A stretch of DNA of 64,000 nucleotides, taken from contig CBDHDF010000011.1 of the NCBI GenBank assembly GCA_965261545.1, positions 672,001 to 736,000 of the forward strand, read 5' to 3'. Made by a program: the position numbers and the translations under genes. Shown here piece after piece: positions 62,323 to 64,000 of this stretch; position 1 is the stretch's first letter; every line of letters begins with the position of its first letter. The notes under the pieces are model-generated. The model searched no databases. It saw nothing but the letters and a program-made list of their open reading frames with translations, and was not told the origin of the DNA. This DNA comes from Bdellovibrionales bacterium. GTDB lineage: Bacteria; Bdellovibrionota; Bdellovibrionia; Bdellovibrionales; UBA1609.

Positions 62323-63870
62323 ATGAAGTATTCACTTCTGTTTTCAATATATTTCCATGAAGGTCGCTATCACGGTGAATGCGATGGAAGAAGCGAGTGG
62401 CCACCATCACCATTTCGTTTTTTTCAAGCTTTGGTGGCGGCTACGGCAAGAGGTGTTAAGATTTCATCCCAGTATAGGTATGCACTTGAGTGGCTTCAGG
62501 ATCTTGATCCACCTACCGTTCTTGCTCAAGTTGCTTGTGAGGGTCAGAGTGTCAAAAATTATGTTCCGAACAACGATCTTGATAAATATGGAGGTGATTT
62601 GAGAAAAATTAATAAAATTCGAACTCCAAAGAGTATTCATCCACATATTTTTGATGAAAAAATTCCATTGATATTTATTTGGACATTTCATGATACGAGA
62701 GAAAATAAAGATAAAGCAAAAATTATTTGTCATGTTGCGAAAAAAATATATCAACTTGGTCGAGGTGTGGATATGGCTTGGGCTCAATCAAAGGTATTGG
62801 ACTCAAACACAATGAAAACATATATTGAAGGGTATAGAGGTACTGTATATCAACCTAGTCAAGAGGGTTTTCTGGGCACTGGAACACCGTTATTTTGCCC
62901 AACCAAAGGTTCTCTTGAAAGCCTCGAAGAACGATACAATTCTAATCGTATTACAACATGTATGGATAAGAATAGCAAGGTTGATTATATTTTTTCTCAA
63001 CAACCAAAACCTTATTTCACCAAGGTTATATATAAAGCACCATCTCACAATTTTTTGTTTGAGTTGCGTACAGTGACTTCTGATGAATCTTTTGTGAAAT
63101 GGCAGTCAATTAAAACTTTTGATCTTGTAAAGAAAATCCGGAGTATAGCAGCGAGTCGCTTGAAAAAAAGTTTACCCAAAGAAACTGAAATTATTGATCG
63201 TGTGCTTATAGGTTGTGGTGCTACCGAAGAAGATAAAGAATGTCGAGTGCGTATCTTACCCCTTCCTTCTATTGGCCATTTTCATGCGGATATATTTATT
63301 CGACGTGTGCTGATTGAGGTGCCTTCTAGGTGTCTGTTGAAGGCAGATGATTTAGCTTGGGCATTCTCTGGCATTCAAGATATTGATTGTAAAACTGGGG
63401 AAATTTTTTGGAATCTTGTGTGCACAAACGATCGAAGGATTCTCAAGCACTATGGCGTTGAGAATAGTAAAAAAGATAATTTTCATATTTGGCGCACTAT
63501 AACTCCAGTGGTACTTCCATCTATGAGGGTGAAACGTTTAGGAGGGTCTCATGAAATAGTTGGGGCTAGGGAGGGGATGTCTAAGACCAGTAGAAGGAAC
63601 AATCGCATAGAAGGTGAAGTAGAGTTGGCTTGTACTGTGAAGCAAGCACTTCGTCATGCAGGAGTATTTACACCTGTAAAGTCTATTCTTATTCAAAGGG
63701 AGCCGTTTGATTTGAATAATGTAAAATCTAAAGACTTTATTGTTCCTAAAAGATTCAAAATGAATGAATTACGTCATTTGGAGATTAATTTTAATCATGC
63801 ATTATCGGGACCTCTTGTTCTTGGTGATGGGCGTTATTTTGGTTTAGGTTTGATGGCTCCTAAAACTTAA
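62323..63870 (+). CDS. csb2: Type I-G Cas5/Cas6 fusion (Csb2)
   Basis: GRYHG..EWPPSPFRFFQALVA, YVPNND, LGRGVD, LPSIGH, WRTITPVVL, GPLVLGDGRYFGLGLM (Cas6 G-loop). Confidence 0.93.
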   Translation: MKYSLLFSIYFHEGRYHGECDGRSEWPPSPFRFFQALVAATARGVKISSQYRYALEWLQDLDPPTVLAQVACEGQSVKNYVPNNDLDKYGGDLRKINKIRTPKSIHPHIFDEKIPLIFIWTFHDTRENKDKAKIICHVAKKIYQLGRGVDMAWAQSKVLDSNTMKTYIEGYRGTVYQPSQEGFLGTGTPLFCPTKGSLESLEERYNSNRITTCMDKNSKVDYIFSQQPKPYFTKVIYKAPSHNFLFELRTVTSDESFVKWQSIKTFDLVKKIRSIAASRLKKSLPKETEIIDRVLIGCGATEEDKECRVRILPLPSIGHFHADIFIRRVLIEVPSRCLLKADDLAWAFSGIQDIDCKTGEIFWNLVCTNDRRILKHYGVENSKKDNFHIWRTITPVVLPSMRVKRLGGSHEIVGAREGMSKTSRRNNRIEGEVELACTVKQALRHAGVFTPVKSILIQREPFDLNNVKSKDFIVPKRFKMNELRHLEINFNHALSGPLVLGDGRYFGLGLMAPKT

Positions 63871-64000
63871 ATCTTGTGTGAAATGTTCATTGACAATCTA
63901 CCTACCCTTCTGCCACATTGGTGCACTCTTAGAAAATTCGGAAGTTTGCTTCTTTTTACATTTACTTATTTACCGAATATGTTGCGACCCACCGTGCTCG

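Overview
Bacterial chromosome window, most likely from a Bdellovibrionota (inferred from the style of the sigma54 activator, MenA and paired membrane proteins; not checked by search). It has three parts. (1) 1-22.8 kb is core genome: a secreted protein, an unannotated 42-aa lipoprotein, a GT4 glycosyltransferase, the S10-spc-alpha ribosomal superoperon (rplX, rpsN, rpsD, map and infA absent from their usual slots), a sigma54 activator, alaS and menA. (2) 23.3-57.3 kb is a ~34 kb graveyard of nested and truncated insertion sequences (two IS4 types, ISNCY/ISDol1-like, IS3, IS1634, IS21, IS91, IS256, IS110), with group II intron relics and a few stranded host genes. (3) 57.4-63.9 kb is a type I-G (I-U) CRISPR-Cas interference operon (cas3-csb3-csb1-csb2), with no array or adaptation genes inside the window. 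The most interesting structure lies at 53851-57293: a head-to-tail chain of two short hairpin cassettes and two IS110 elements, all joined at (A)GYAAC junctions. The IS110 upstream non-coding region is closed by an 11-bp inverted repeat and carries short segments matching both the target and the donor junction, as expected for a bridge RNA. The same cassette plus IS110 left end recurs at 30413-30538. Part of that left end is also carried, with two hairpin/U-tract units, in the long 3' cargo of both IS256 copies.
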